The notes under the pieces are model-generated. The model was not told where the DNA came from and ran no database searches. It was given only the letters and a program-made list of their open reading frames with translations. DNA of 64,000 nt, from assembly GCA_047967505.1 (NCBI GenBank), contig CM106538.1. The stretch is one strand, 5' to 3'. This document shows positions 38,401-50,983 of the stretch, piece after piece; position 1 is the stretch's first letter; every line of letters begins with the position of its first letter. The stretch is from Dipteris shenzhenensis. Its lineage: Eukaryota. Position numbers and translations under genes: made by a program.

Positions 38401-41400
38401 CAACCAAAGAATGACTGATGTAGCACTGCCTGGGCTCCTGTGAGCCAAGAAAGAGGTGGCACACGAGGCCAACCAATAACTTATGGCAAAAAGAAATTGT
38501 AGTAGCAAAATCACAACTGACCAAGCCTTGAAAACTCGAACCAAGTCCTCAATTGCCAAGAGGACATAGTAGCCAATGCCCAATTGCATTCTCAGCCAAA
38601 GAGGAGTGCAAAGGCATGAAGAAAGAGCATTTACAAGAGCCGACTAGCAAGAATTCCACTGAAAAATGCGAAAAGAAGCACTTCTGTCGCGAAGAAGTGG
38701 GAGTTCTTGGGCTCAAAAGAAGCGTGCTTCAGAGAGGAATGCATTGAGAAGGTTTTGGAGAAGTTTCATCGCCGGAAAGTCCTCCAAAACTGAGAAAAAC
38801 CAGTCAACCAGTACGTGGGACCACTCGAAATTCAACAGAAAGCTGTAGCTTTGCAAGAGGAGAGGCCCAGGAGGCGGTAGAAGCAAAAAGGTCCAGAAAA
38901 AGCCACTTTTGCAAATTCGACCAGCAAAAGAAGTGCTCAGCTCTGCCCGTTCTACCAAACACACTTAGGGAAAAGCATATCACTATGAAGGGGAGGCAGA
39001 GGGGAAGCCATCGGGCCAAACGGAAGTTCAGGAATCCAAACGGGTAAGGAGTTATGAAGAAAAACGGAATTCAGCTGAAGGAGGCTGAAAAACCAGTCCA
39101 AAATCTCAACAAAGGGAGAAGATGAGAGAAAACCACACATGTGAAGTTTAGAAGGCCGAGGAAGGTCCAGGAATGGCAAAGGAGCATGTAGAAGGCACTA
39201 GAGCCACTTGGAACTCTAGGGGGGCCATTGAGGTACATGGCCCTCTAGGGGGCCCATTAAAAATGCCACATCATCATTTCCCAACAACCACTCTTTTAAT
39301 TCCTTGGAATGCCTTTGGGCCTAGGGATTAATTACGCTTATGTGCTAGGCACCATGCCGCGTTTAATTACACATTATTAAGCCCACGCTTGGACTTTTAA
39401 AACCAAAGTTGTCACGGTCTTGTAGTACATTAAAGTACTTAGAATTTCACGCCTCCGTGACATACCCCTCTCTTGAAACAACAAACCACAGTTTGCTGTC
39501 CCAAAACACAGGAGCGTGCATGAAATATAGCATAAAAGAGTATACAAGAAAGCCGCAGCTATAGTATATAGAGACGGTGAAAATATGGCTAGGAGAGGCA
39601 TGCATCCATCCGTATACACTGCTCAAAATCTATGTGATCCTCGGCGAACAATAGTCAAGATGCATCAATATCATGAAGTCTCATAACAGAAATACTGTCA
39701 GCTCAGTATCTCGGATGAAACATACAGTGTCATCAAGCGACCTCATGAAATCACAGTGAGCCCGTCTGTACTGAGGGAGTGGAGGTGCTACCCCCCTCTC
39801 GAACACCAGGTAATTCTCCAGACGCTCGCTCTGCTGAACTACTTGTAGGAGCTTGGACCGCAGTCGGCTCTAATTGGAAAGCATCAAGGTAAAGCTGTAA
39901 TATCCCAGGCGAATCTGCCAGTTCACCTTCCTCCATCCATTTCGCATCAAGTGATGGGTAATTTTGAAATTTTACCAAGTAGCGACGGATAACTTTACCC
40001 TTGAGCTTTCTATCTCTGTGTGCTAGAATCTGCTTTGGGGCCAGAAGTTCATCCTGTTCTTCCACTTCAGGCTGCACCTCATCAGGTAAATCCTCGGGAA
40101 TATCTCCATGATATTGCTTTAATAAGCTCACATGAAAGGCATTATGTATCTTCCAATGTGGAGGCAACTTCAGCCTGTAAGCTACCTCGTTTATCTTTTC
40201 AGAAACCTGGAAAGGACCATAGTAATGCATGTTCAGCTTTGTGTACAACCTTTCCTTGCCTTTCTTATTTTTCAGCCTTGCCTTCTGAAAACGCAGCAAA
40301 ACCCAATCACCTTCTGTGAATACCAATTGCGTAAGAAAATATCCAAGTGACTGATGATCTGTCTGCACATAAAAATCAGCTCCAAGAAGGTAATGTTTCC
40401 ATGTGGTCAAAGCATGTATCACTGCTAACATTTCCTTCTCGTATATCTGCAAGTACAATTCAGCATCTTTGAGAACTCTGCTCTCATATGCAACTACTCT
40501 GCCATCCTGCATCAAAGTGCCTCCTATGCTGTTCCCACATGCATCACAAGTTACAGCAAAGGGTTTTGCAAGCTCTGGCAAGATAATAACGGGTTCAGAA
40601 TACAACTTTTGCTTCAGCTCTTCAAAAGCTGCATTTTCCTTTGGTCCCCACCGAAACAGTGCAGCTTTCTTTTGTAAAGCATGCAAGGGAGAAGCAATTT
40701 CTGCAAAGTACTCTATAAACCTCCGATAGTATGAACACAACCCAAGAAAGCTTCTGACTTCATGCAAATTTTTCAAAATTGGCCAACTCCTTATGGCCTC
40801 AACTTTTGCAAGATCCATCTTGACTCCATCCTTTGACACTATAGGACCGAGAAAATGAATCTCATGCATAAAGAACTCACTTTTCTTGGTGTTTATTAAT
40901 AGCTTGTGTCTTGTCAACTCTTGAAACACAATAGTGAGGTGTTTCCTGTGCTCCTGCTCATTTTTAGAGAACACAATGATGTCAGCGAAGAAAGTGCCCA
41001 CAAACTTTCTGTGTGCTCTAAAAATTCTGTCCATCATTCTATTGAAAGTGGCAGGTACATTAGTCAAACCAAAAGGCATCACAAGGAACTCATATAAGCC
41101 AAATGAAGTGCGGAAGGCAGTGTTGTAGACATCTTTAGGCCGTATCCTTATCTGATGGTATCCACTTTTAAGGTCAATACGACTGAACATTGAGGAACCT
41201 TGCAACCAATCCAATATATCATCAATGCGTGGAATTGGAAAATGGTTCTTAATTGTGACTTTATTCAAAGCCCTATAATCAATACACATTCTCCAACTGC
41301 CATCCTTCTTTTGCACAAGCAACACAGGGGAACAGTAAGGAGAATTACTTGGCTAATCCCAAAGATGGCTGTATATTTGTAGCATTCCCTTCACTAGGGA

Positions 41401-44400
41401 GAGCCATGCTTGCATGCCTGGCTGCATTCCCACATTGTCATACATGGCTTGCTTTCTATGCTCAATTGGCGGTGAAATCAACATAGCATCAACGATAGAA
41501 TCTGTACCAAAATATTCAGGTTGCTGCCTCAAATATGGCTGAGGTAGTTGAGCCACATTTATGGACTGCACATTATTATTTTGAGGAGTAGAAGTACCGA
41601 AACCAAGGCCTTGTGCTGGCTGCTCATACTGTTGCACTGGATGTACTTTTTGTACCTCTTTCTCAAGTGCTCTTTTGGGTGAAGATTCCAAGTTTTGTAA
41701 GGTCTGTAATCTGCATTCATCCAAGGCTTCTAGCTGTACCAAGCATTGAGCATAGGCATCCTCCTATCCTTCTATTCTTGCAACAGCTGTGCGAAGACTA
41801 TGTATCTCCAATTCAATGGGTAAAATGGCTTCTATTCCATACACTAGTTGGAATGGTGTAAACCCAATAGCTAGCTTGTGTGTGGTTCTGTAAGCCCATA
41901 AAACTTCTGCCAAGTGCCTATCCCAATGTCTTTTCTTGGTGTCAACAAGGTTTCCCATTGAATTGGACAACAATCCATTTGTTTTCTCAACCAAGCCATT
42001 ACATTTTGATGGCTGTCCCTCATGGGAAACTGATGCATGAGTGTGCGGTCCGCCATGAGAAGCTGATGCATGTGTGTACTCACTCTTTCCGTGCTTGTGA
42101 TTTCTTGATTTCTTATTCTTCTTGGCATTTGTTTGCACAATCTGAGCTCAAATTTTGAGCCAACTGAGTCAAAGTAGTCACTGCACTTGCAAGCTGTGCA
42201 TTCAACATAGTAGTATCACCGTTGAGCTCAGTTGTAGCTTCATGTGTGGCCTGCTCAAAAGGCATTTGTTGTGCTCCATGCAGTTGTACACCAGTTGGAT
42301 CATTAAGGCTTTCTTGCCTTCTTCTTTGAGGAGTTGTGGAGCTCTCTTGCTCATGGGTACTCACCATGTTTATGGTTGTGATATTCAGCTATCAAAAAGT
42401 GCTGCGAAGATATCCCTTCACCAAACTACCGAGGCTCACCTCTTGAGAAAGAGTGTGTGGTATCCCGGCAATGGAACCAATGAAACTGGCCTCTAATCAC
42501 TCAGAGGGCAGTGGAACTAAACCTTTAATCACTTTAGCACTTATTTACAGCTCACAAAGCATATATCACAACCATTAACCATTGCATGATCACCATTTGG
42601 CATTTACCCATTTGTTCACAAACAAAACCACTGAAAAAGGGATGGAGGCTAGAATGCCCCTTCTCAACAGACATAGACAAGTGCACCCGATTGGCCCCAA
42701 ACACTGTGGCGCCCCTTTTGGTATTTCTTTATATTTCACAGTGAAATGATTACAAGTTGCATCTGGGAGACCTTTCCTGCAACTGAGCATGCAGCCCCAA
42801 TTCACTAAGCCTTCGCAAGGCTTTCAAGCATAGAACATCATCACATAAGTGCACTTAACCCATAGGCTCAACCCAAAGGCATTCTCTTTTTCGAGTGCAA
42901 TTCCATTGGCTGTCCAGATGCAATCACACTGCACCCCAGCTGCACTCTCTTTGAGTGGTTTCCAGATGGCATTCATAAAGCTTTTCAAAGCTCCAAAATA
43001 AAATCAGCAAAGTACCCAACCAAAGAATGACTGATGTAGCACTGCCTGGGCACCTGTCAGCTAAGAAAGAGGCGGCACACGAGGCCAACCAATAGCTTAT
43101 GGCAAAAAGAAATTGTAGTAGCAAAATCACAACTCACCAAGCCCTGAAAACTCGAACCAAGTCCTTAATCGCCAAGAGGACATAGTAGCCAATGCCCAAT
43201 TGCATTCTCAGCCAAAGAGGAGTGCAAAGGCTTGAAGAAAGAGCATTTACAAGAGCCAACCAGCAAGAATTCCACTGAAAAATGCGAAAAGATGCACTTC
43301 TATCGCGAAGAAGTGGGAGTTTTTGGGCTCAAAAGAAGCGTGCTTCAGAGAGGAATGCATTGAGAAGGTTTTGGAGAAGTTTCATCGCCGGAAAGTCCTC
43401 CAAAACTGAGAAAAACCAGTCAACCAGTACGTGGGACCACTCGAAATTCAACAGAAAGTTGTAGCTTTGTAAGAGGAGAGGCCTAGGAGGCGGTAGAAGC
43501 AAAAAGGTTCAGAAAAAGCCACTTTTGCAAATTCGACCAGCAAAAGAAGTGCTAAGCTCTGCCCGTTCTACCAAACGCACTTAGGGAAAAGCATATCACT
43601 ATTAAGGGGAGGCAGAGGGGAAGCCATCGGGCCAAACGGGAGTCCAGGAATCCAAACGGGAGTCCAGGAATCCAAACGAGTGAGGAGTTATGAAGAAAAA
43701 CGGAATTCAGCTGAAGGAGGCTGAAAAACCAGTCCAAAATCTCAACAAAGGGAGAAGATGAGAGAGAAAACCACACATGTGAAGTTTAGAAGGCCGAGGA
43801 AGGTCCAGGAATGGCAAAGGAGCATGTAGAAGGCACTAGAGCCACCTGGAACTGTAGGGGGGCCACTGAAGGTACATGGCCCTCTAGGGGGCCCATTAAA
43901 AATGCAACATCATCATTTCCCAACAACCACTCTTTTAATTCCTTGGAATGCCTTTGGGCCTAGGGATTAATTACGCTTATGTGCTAGGCACCGTGCCGCG
44001 TTTAATTACACATTATTAAGCCCACGCTTGGACTTTTAAAACCAAAGTTGTCACGGTCTTGTAGTACATTAAAGTACTTAGAATTTCACGCCCCCGTGAC
44101 ATCGGGTCTCCTCCTCCAAAAGATCTGACAATCTCATCCATTCTATGTGTGAGGAAAACCTGCCGGTTACGACATGTCAATCGTCGGAAGATCCTATGTG
44201 CTTCAGGTGACGTCAGGTGACCTAAATCCCTCTCCCGTGTAAGGTAGGCTCTCGCCTCTTTGCAGTCGTCGGCGAACCAAGGGTTTTGAGGCATCTTCCC
44301 ATCTCGGATCCGCATGGATTGTTTTGTGTGAAAGGATCTGGTGGTGGCGTCTTGTACCACTGAGAGAACGGTGTTGGAGGCGTTGGCGAGGTTTGTATCA

Positions 44401-46394
44401 TTTCCAAGTAGGGCCGGGAGCTCCCCAGCTAGGTAACTCACGTACAATGTGTCACGAACACGGTCAAAGTAGATTTGAATGCGTGCGGGCGTGGGAGGCG
44501 CTCTCCCCGTGGCTGGCATGGTGGTAGAGATGTAGTATGAGTGGTCAGCTCCGAGTGGGGGGGAGGGTTATGGCGAAGTTGTGCATTCGTGAGACAAAGT
44601 CTAGTGGGCCTAGCAGATAATCTACTGTACTAGACCCACCGCCATGTAGAAAGCAAGCAAGGGAGTCTTCTAGAGGATGGCCATCTATGGAGACCATTAG
44701 CTTCCAGCTCAAGCAAATGTCGTCCATATCTTGTCACTTGTGGGGCACCTGCAGAGCGCCCAAGTATCTCGAGCTCAGCTACATCTCACTCTGTGATTAT
44801 GCATGGATCTCTATGATCTGTGAAGTCAAGCAGGCCCACTTGTCTATTTTCGGTCCGTGCATTGAAGTCCCCCAGTAGGAGGATGTCTCCTAGTTTGGAG
44901 AACTCTGTGATGTCATGATGGAACATCTCATACGGGCTGTGTCTATCTGTATTGACCTCTTGTGCATAGGATGACGTATCTCGAGGGAAATAGCACACTG
45001 CAATGAAGATAGGTTTAGCATCTGGAAGCTGAATTTGTATCCACATGTGTCCTGCATGCTCCTCTCTCCGAACCACAGATATGAGTGGTCTCAGACGTGA
45101 TTTGAAGAGGACAGCTAGCCTCCCGGAGCCTCGTACTCCGCTCTCTCCTTAGATCCCTCTTGTGGGCTGACTTCCAAGTATATCCTGTCATTGTAGGCAG
45201 TGCTCTCTCAGGGCTCTCATGTGTCTCAGTGTAGAAGATCAGCTCTCTTTTGGTGTCCCCAGGGTTGGACTAGAGAGTGCCATTGCAAGTCCACACCGCT
45301 ATCTTCAGCTTATTGTGTGCTCTCATTTCATGGTTTTGACACCGTCATGTGTGCTTCACTGCACCTTCTTCCCGCTCCCTTCTTTCTGCCCTCTCTCGGA
45401 TAATCACCTTCCTGTCTCTGTAGGCCCTTCTTGCCTTGCTGCCATAACTCGCACCATCCCCTCCCTCCTGTGCTCTTGCTGTAGGAATGTGAGATCATCA
45501 TTCAAATAGATTTTGGTGCCCTTCAGTGTGGTCCTCATGCCCATGAGGGTGGATCTATCATTTGCTGTCCACAATTCAATTACCATGAGCCTTGTCGGTG
45601 TGCATTTGCCTTACCCACTCTCCAAGCTGATTCATAGGTGAGGTTGTTTTTCATAAAAGTTTTTGTTTACCTCTTTTTTCTTCTCTTCATTTTCTGTGTA
45701 GGTTTTTGGTCTTTAGAACAACAAAAAATCTAAATTTGTATGATTGGACTTATTCTAGTCTTACAAAGGTATATATAAAGCCTTGGCATCTGACATGGGG
45801 GTATCCCCCACTTTTAGGCCTCTTACTAGTGCATTCATAGCCTTGCTGTTACACCGCTTTTCGTCTTCCAAAGTTTCAGAAATGAGCTCTTTTTTGGGTG
45901 TTGTTGTGCCTTTTTTCAGTACATCCTTCCATGCAAGCATATTTGCCTTCCCCGTTGTGATTTGCTATGCGAACTCAGCATGTTTCCCTTGCATGGTGGC
46001 TTGTAAGGCTGCCATTTCCTTCTTGAGCTGCTCATTCTCAGATTTCAGCTCATCAATGAGCTTACATCCCTCTTCTGAGGTCCCCTTTGTGTCCTTGAGC
46101 TGTTTCATTTGCTCTTTGATAAGGTTCAGTTCTTCTTGGATAGGTGGCTGAAGCTCCCCTTCCTCCCAAAGTGCACCTGCCTTCAACTTCTCATTCTCAT
46201 CTTTGAGAGTGGCGACTTGGACCTCTAGCATCTCAATTGAGAGCTGGTTTTTTCATTCAGCATACAAGTTTGCATTTCCCCTTGCCGTTTCTTCATGTCA
46301 TCTTGTAATTGAGCACGTAGGTTGGAGAGCTCATCATTCCTCTTTTCCCCTAATTTCTTTGGTACGCATTCAAGCTCAACATCCTGAAATTTGC

Positions 46395-46440
<46 letters not shown>

Positions 46441-47018
46441 CCTAATTTAGCCTAAATCATGGATATTTTGCAGCGCTGGATTAATATTGGTGTCTTGGCT
46501 GCTGACATTAGGGTAAGACTTGTCTAATTGTTTTGTGCATTTAAATAGTAAGGAGAGCTAGAAACCATTGACTTTTGTGAATCATTTGTGTTGGAATGTG
46601 TACTTAAGGCTTGTGATTACGGTTTAAATGGAATCAAAACTAGGATTAAATGTTTTGAATGTGTTAGTAGTGGTGGACGTAGAGATTGTTCATTCCTTAT
46701 GCTTTTCAAGAATCGATCTGTATGAATTAAGGGAATGTAAGCTACCACTTAGTACCTAGAATATAACCTTTAGTATACAAAATTATTATTCATAGTAGAA
46801 ATTGTACTACTCAATTTTTAGCATGCACTGTGTGATTGGCCTTGTTTTATTGCATGGATGATGGCAGGGTTAACAATGCAGAAACATTATGCTTAGGACT
46901 CGTCGCTATCATGGTCTTTATTGTGGTGATGCCCCTCTTCACAGCAACAGCTGGAGTTTTGTTGCAGATGTCCCCAGCATGCATATCTGCATCAGTACTT
47001 CACAAATGCCTTAGACAG
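26116..47018 (+). CDS. MTP5: Metal tolerance protein C2 / MTP5-type cation diffusion facilitator; exons 26116-26599, 27156-27261, 28865-28904, 29125-29201, 29527-29615, 34409-34478, 46474-46512, 46868-47018; 3' exon(s) not found in window
   Basis: Spliced translation RKLLVLIILNVTYSSVELVLGLISGRVGLVSDSFHLTFGCGLLSFSL...YSYGYKRLEVLAAFTNALFLLFLSFSLAVEALHAFVQDESEHKHYLIVSAVTNLFVNLLGVWFFRSYARI...AEDMNYHSIFLHVLADSIRSAGLILVSWLLTLGVNNAETLCLGL...LLQMSP; all junctions GT-AG and phase-consistent. Confidence 0.93.
27156..27261 (+). CDS. MTP5: MTP5 exon 2
   Basis: tgcag / GLVSDSFHLTFGCG...YSYG / gtaagt. Confidence 0.93.
28865..28904 (+). CDS. MTP5: MTP5 exon 3
   Basis: tcag / YKRLEVLAAFTNA / gtaagt. Confidence 0.93.
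29125..29201 (+). CDS. MTP5: MTP5 exon 4
   Basis: gcag / LFLLFLSFSLAVEALHAFVQDESEHK / gtaagt. Confidence 0.93.
29527..29615 (+). CDS. MTP5: MTP5 exon 5
   Basis: acag / HYLIVSAVTNLFVNLLGVWFFRSYARIRI / gtaagt. Confidence 0.93.
34409..34478 (+). CDS. MTP5: MTP5 exon 6
   Basis: tgcag / AYRKAEDMNYHSIFLHVLADSIR / gtaagg. Confidence 0.93.
35421..35454. repeat. (GA)n microsatellite
   Basis: Directly visible. Confidence 0.95.
35660..36460 (+). repeat. ~240-bp direct duplication (35660-35895 / 36219-36460), with a partial third copy at ~35338-35410
   Basis: Near-identical gctcaagtatgtgtgggtgtgtggattt...ggattcatctagg blocks. Confidence 0.85.
36808..37426. mobile_element. Solo LTR inserted in the LINE RT
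   Basis: Starts TGTTGGAAA, ends TTTCTAATG (decayed TTTCCAACA); TSD TGAGC both sides; the LINE frame GSVLERE-LSSHTEARG rejoins across it. Confidence 0.8.
39751..41325 (-). pseudogene. Gypsy RT-RNase H joined in frame to the integrase C-terminus/chromodomain (integrase core deleted)
   Basis: WRMCIDYRALN, DLKSGYHQIR, FFADIIV (degenerate YxDD), DACGNSIG, TDHQSL, then directly GDWVLL...YYGPF...HNAFHVSLLK...YLVKFQNYPSLDAKWMEE. Confidence 0.88.
42463..42479 (-). promoter_or_regulatory. Primer-binding site complementary to the tRNA-Glu 3' end
   Basis: Plus strand tcccggcaatggaacca matches the plant tRNA-Glu terminus TCCCGGCAACGGAACCA (from memory) with one mismatch, immediately inside the 5' LTR. 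Confidence 0.7.
46399..46438. repeat. (GA)n microsatellite
   Basis: Directly visible, ~35 bp upstream of MTP5 exon 7. Confidence 0.95.
46474..46512 (+). CDS. MTP5: MTP5 exon 7
   Basis: tgcag / SAGLILVSWLLTLG / gtaaga. Confidence 0.9.
46868..47018 (+). CDS. MTP5: MTP5 exon 8
   Basis: ggcag / VNNAETLCLGLVAIMVF...HKCLRQ / gtgaag. Confidence 0.92.
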
Positions 47019-49895
47019 GTGAAGCATTATATTTAAATTTTACTTAGCTGCTTTGTAGCTCAAAGTTTGCGACAATGATATTTGTAGGTGCTCCTCATGC
47101 ATTTTCTTAGTAGTCCATTGAACATGAAGTCTTCCACCTAAAGTGGACAAGCGTGCTTAAGAAAAAGCTTAGGACTTTGTGTCCGAGGGACACACCACTT
47201 CATTGCAAGATAAGACTATAGGAGTATAACATATATTGTCTTGAACTCTCTATTGAGATACTTACACAAGAGTCCCTTGCCGAGATCTTGTCTTCTCTCA
47301 AAAAAAAGCTTGTAGTCTAATCCTAGTTGTATGCAACTATTGTTCTTCTTATGTGTTTCTTTGCATCTGGTGTTAGGCAGCGTGTATATGTCCTTCAAGA
47401 CTTCAATAGAAAGTCAACATTGCAAAACTGAGGCCATAATCTTCAACACCCGAGTCTCGCCCGGCATATGTCATGTGAAATTACTTTTCAACCTGGTGGT
47501 TGGACTGGCAGCTATGAATAGGGCTGTTGTTGTTTAGAATTCTCTCAATTTAACTATTTAATCTGTTTTTATTTGAAAGGGCTATCGTTCATTCTGATTT
47601 GTCTGTTATTGAAGTCGTAATATCTTTCGGTTTTGACCTTTGTGTAATTTTCGGATTATCAAGCGTAAAATTAAAAATCGAAGTAAGAACATCTTACGGC
47701 TAAAGTTTCGCTTGGCTCCTGGTCGGCTAGAATTTGGCTCCAAGTGTGCCATAGTGGTTGGGGCTGGCAAGGGGTAGAATGGTTGAATTGTTAGAGATCA
47801 TTGCTGCACCTGTGAGCCTCATATGAGGAGGACAAAGGGGCAGTAAATCTAGGGATGGCGGGGATAGGATTACGACGATAGATAAGTGCTATAGGTTTCA
47901 GTCTAAGTGACTGCAGGAGCTGACAGCCTGCACACTGGAGAAGTTTTTGTGCAGATCCTGGTTGGGGCCTTTGATCTGAGGCCAACCAGTCGGACATCTG
48001 CTTGGCTTGTACAGACCTGGTGGCCAGGTCAAACTGACCCTTAGTTGGCAAATCTGTGGTCGGCCAAACTTCACAGACCAGGTCGGCCTGGTCCATGCCC
48101 TCTCCAGCCCTAAATAAGGGCCACTTTGTAAGGTCTTAGGGTAGTTCATTGATGCATTTTCTACAAGGCACCCAAGAGCAGCTGCACATTCTGCCGTTCA
48201 TTCTCAGTTTACTGGTGGCCATTTATGGCTGTTGTTTTTGCCCAAGGCTGATGGCTGGCCTGCTGGAGCTGGTGGTCACCGGTGACGTAGATTGAGGGCT
48301 TGTAGAGCCTTTTATGGGCCCCAAACCTCCCAACCGAACAGGGCGAACTGCTATTCGTGTTGACCTGTTACTGGGGATGACTAGGGTTGTTGTCATCTGA
48401 CTTGCTAGCTGATGTGGCATTTTTTCTGCTATTTGCTGATGTGCCTGGCTTCCGCGTGTCAGCTGACCTGCTGCTGTCTCTCTTCCCTGCTTTAACCTAA
48501 CTGCCACTTGGCCATACGGCTCTGTTCTGATGGTTGGAGCACTGTACTAAGCAGTCGTGATCATCTGGCAGCCTCAGTGGCTGCTACATGGACCTGCGTA
48601 GGCCCTTTGGTGCCCGAACATTGACATATTCGGGCTGAATGTCCTGCTCCTGTAGATCCATCTCCATAAGACCTAGATCCGCATGCACAAGATCCATGTT
48701 TTTACATCAAAGGTGCAGGATTCCAGAATCTTTCAAAACCCAGATGGCAGCTTATGCTTGGGTACTGATGAGAACATTAGCATAGCTTTTCCTACAAAGT
48801 TACTATTTGTAAGTTGTAACATTTGGGTACTTATTGCCATGCCATGCTTCGGAATCCAATGTGGCATGCCAGACTATCTACTGTGCTGTGCAGAAGTTTT
48901 GCTGAATGTGTGTACATAGATGTATTCAACTAGAGAACTTAATCATGAAGAACACCAGATATCTTTTGAACTACTGTACACATGCTTTATTTATGATGTA
49001 TAAATGTTGGCGAAGATGCCCTAACTACTGTTTGTACATGAGTGCCAAATGGTGCTCAAAATGGATACTAACTGAGTATCATGCGGCTGTTATATCACTG
49101 CCAAATTGTGCTGAAAAATTCACTATTTGATGTGGAACCTTTGTGCTGGAATTGATGACGATTGAATGATCCCTACCCCGAACTGTAGGGGAAATGGGAG
49201 CTGGAAACTACACAGCTGCAGTCTGGGAAAACTGGAGGAGAAATGGCCCAAACCTGACTGGATGAAATCCGGCCTAAGGCCCTTTATATAGCCTGGTCTG
49301 ACCCGACTGGGTCAGCCCAGGCCGACCTAGCTGGTCCAACCAGATCTGGTCACCCAGTTCCGTGGACCCTCTAGTTTGGTCCGCTTGCCCTTGGCTACTG
49401 GCCTACGAATGGCCTCTGTTCGTGTTACGCTCAAGTTGAGGCAACATGACCTCGGAAGGGTCAGTCGACATTTTCCTTTAAAGGATCAATGTTTGTATTA
49501 TATTTGTTTGGGCTTCTCGTAAATGATTAAAAAGGAATCAAGGTCAAGGTCCTTGGTGAGGGTGACATGGCACAAGACTAGGTGGATCTAAGGCTAAGGG
49601 GTCTAAATGCATTAAATGTGCCAAGGGGCAAATGATTTCAATGATATCCCAAGAGAGGGGCAAATGATGCATTGAGGAGATGCCCTCCCAAATGTAGACA
49701 TGTGGCATACTAGATCCATCTAGGGAATTGTGGGCTTTGGTATTCAGCATGTAGGTACTTCTCACGTAAAATTTTGGATGAGCTTGCTGAACCAGAGAAA
49801 TGGCTGGGCGGTTATTCATCGTGCCCTCACCTGTTATTTTGTATTCGTCAAATTCGTGGTCTTGGCTGGGCTTGTAGTTTTTGGGTGTGACAATT

Positions 49896-49907
49896 TGGTA
49901 TCAGAGC
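49896..49907 (+). promoter_or_regulatory. PBS (tRNA-iMet) TGGTATCAGAGC
   Basis: 3 nt after the LTR end. Confidence 0.9.
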
Positions 49908-50983
49908 TATTAGGCTAGATCGTGGGTTCATTGTGAGGCCTTCCTGACAACACAGGATCCACTTAGTTTTTCAACAACACCGTCGCGTGGCTTTCGAGAT
50001 CCCAGGAGAAATTATAACATAACTTGACACAACGAAATACCCAACCGCTTGCGATCTATCTGGAAGAGAAAAAGAAAGCACAAAGAGCGGACCAAGTGAT
50101 CATCAAGGGCCGATTGAAGACAGAGGAGGGAGGAGGCTAGACCGGGTAGCTTAGACAAGCTCTTTTTCAGCAACTACGGAGGACGGGTGCTGCCGATGTT
50201 CCTTCACTAGAGTGGCTGCGATGAATGGGAGCAAGAGATCTCGTCCACAAGGACGTAAAGGCGAGCATAGTGTATGTACGACCGCCACAGTCTAGTGCGA
50301 GACGACGAACACCCCAAGGAACATGGGGATTTCTTGCGCCTCATTTCTGCATCACTAGGAAGGCATCCTGTATAGCTTTCGCCTATACACTCCTGTACAA
50401 CATCACCCGTCTTGAATTGATGGCTATGCGGGTTGGGCTGCTCGATTTGGAAGAGTAAGCGTGTTCAAACAAGTATTGCACTACGCGTCATTCAGATATT
50501 TTTGGCCATGACGACGTGAAGGCGATATTATTAGTGGGCTGATGGAATGTGAAGATGGCATTGCGAGTTGCTGCTCCGCTTCTAACTTTGTTGACGGAAT
50601 AAGAGTTGATCGTTGTAAAGAGTTCTGTACGATTGCAGTTAGCATACGACGCACCATCCATGAGACCAGTTTGGCGTGTGTTGATCACGTGGAGATACCC
50701 GGGGGCTTTTGATTTCCTTTTTCCCTTTGTTTTATTTTGTGGTTAAATTTCTAAAGTTTCAAGGTGTGTGAGCTGGATTGGGAGCGAGATTATGCTTTTG
50801 GATTTACGGATTTGGAAAGGATTTGAGGTTTTTGAGATTGCAGGAGTTTCCCTAGCATAGGGAAAAGCGGTTTTGGTTTGCAGTTGATATATGCCTAGTT
50901 AGCTGTAATTTTGGGAGTTGGACTTTCGATTGTAGATACAATTCAGGTGTGTTAAAAAAACACACACACACACACACACACAC

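Larger units (their letters stand above)
37865..44101 (-). mobile_element. Ty3/gypsy chromovirus-like LTR retrotransposon, rearranged and non-autonomous
   Basis: LTRs 37865-39462 and 42481-44101 (TG...CA); TSD TCGGG; PPT next to 39463; PBS 42463-42479; RT-RNaseH-chromodomain ORF 39751-41325. Confidence 0.93.
36460..46398 (-). mobile_element. LINE (ORF1, AP endonuclease, RT N-half; internally deleted), interrupted by a solo LTR and a gypsy element
   Basis: Coiled-coil ORF1 and KIYLNDDLT (45404-46231); endonuclease ILLLGDFNART and STVDYLL; RT GNYRTLMIGHTLAKIYGS and FRRQHSTLDHIFTL...FVDFQKSFDTV; 3' tail (GATT)n at ~36461-36473. Confidence 0.85.

Noticed and set aside
37974-39179. Short ORFs duplicated at 42590-43776
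   Set aside because: They lie in the paired LTRs and have no protein features.
50905-50940. FWELD as a candidate final MTP5 exon
   Set aside because: Lies in the gypsy 5' UTR and the surrounding residues do not fit the MTP5 C-terminus.
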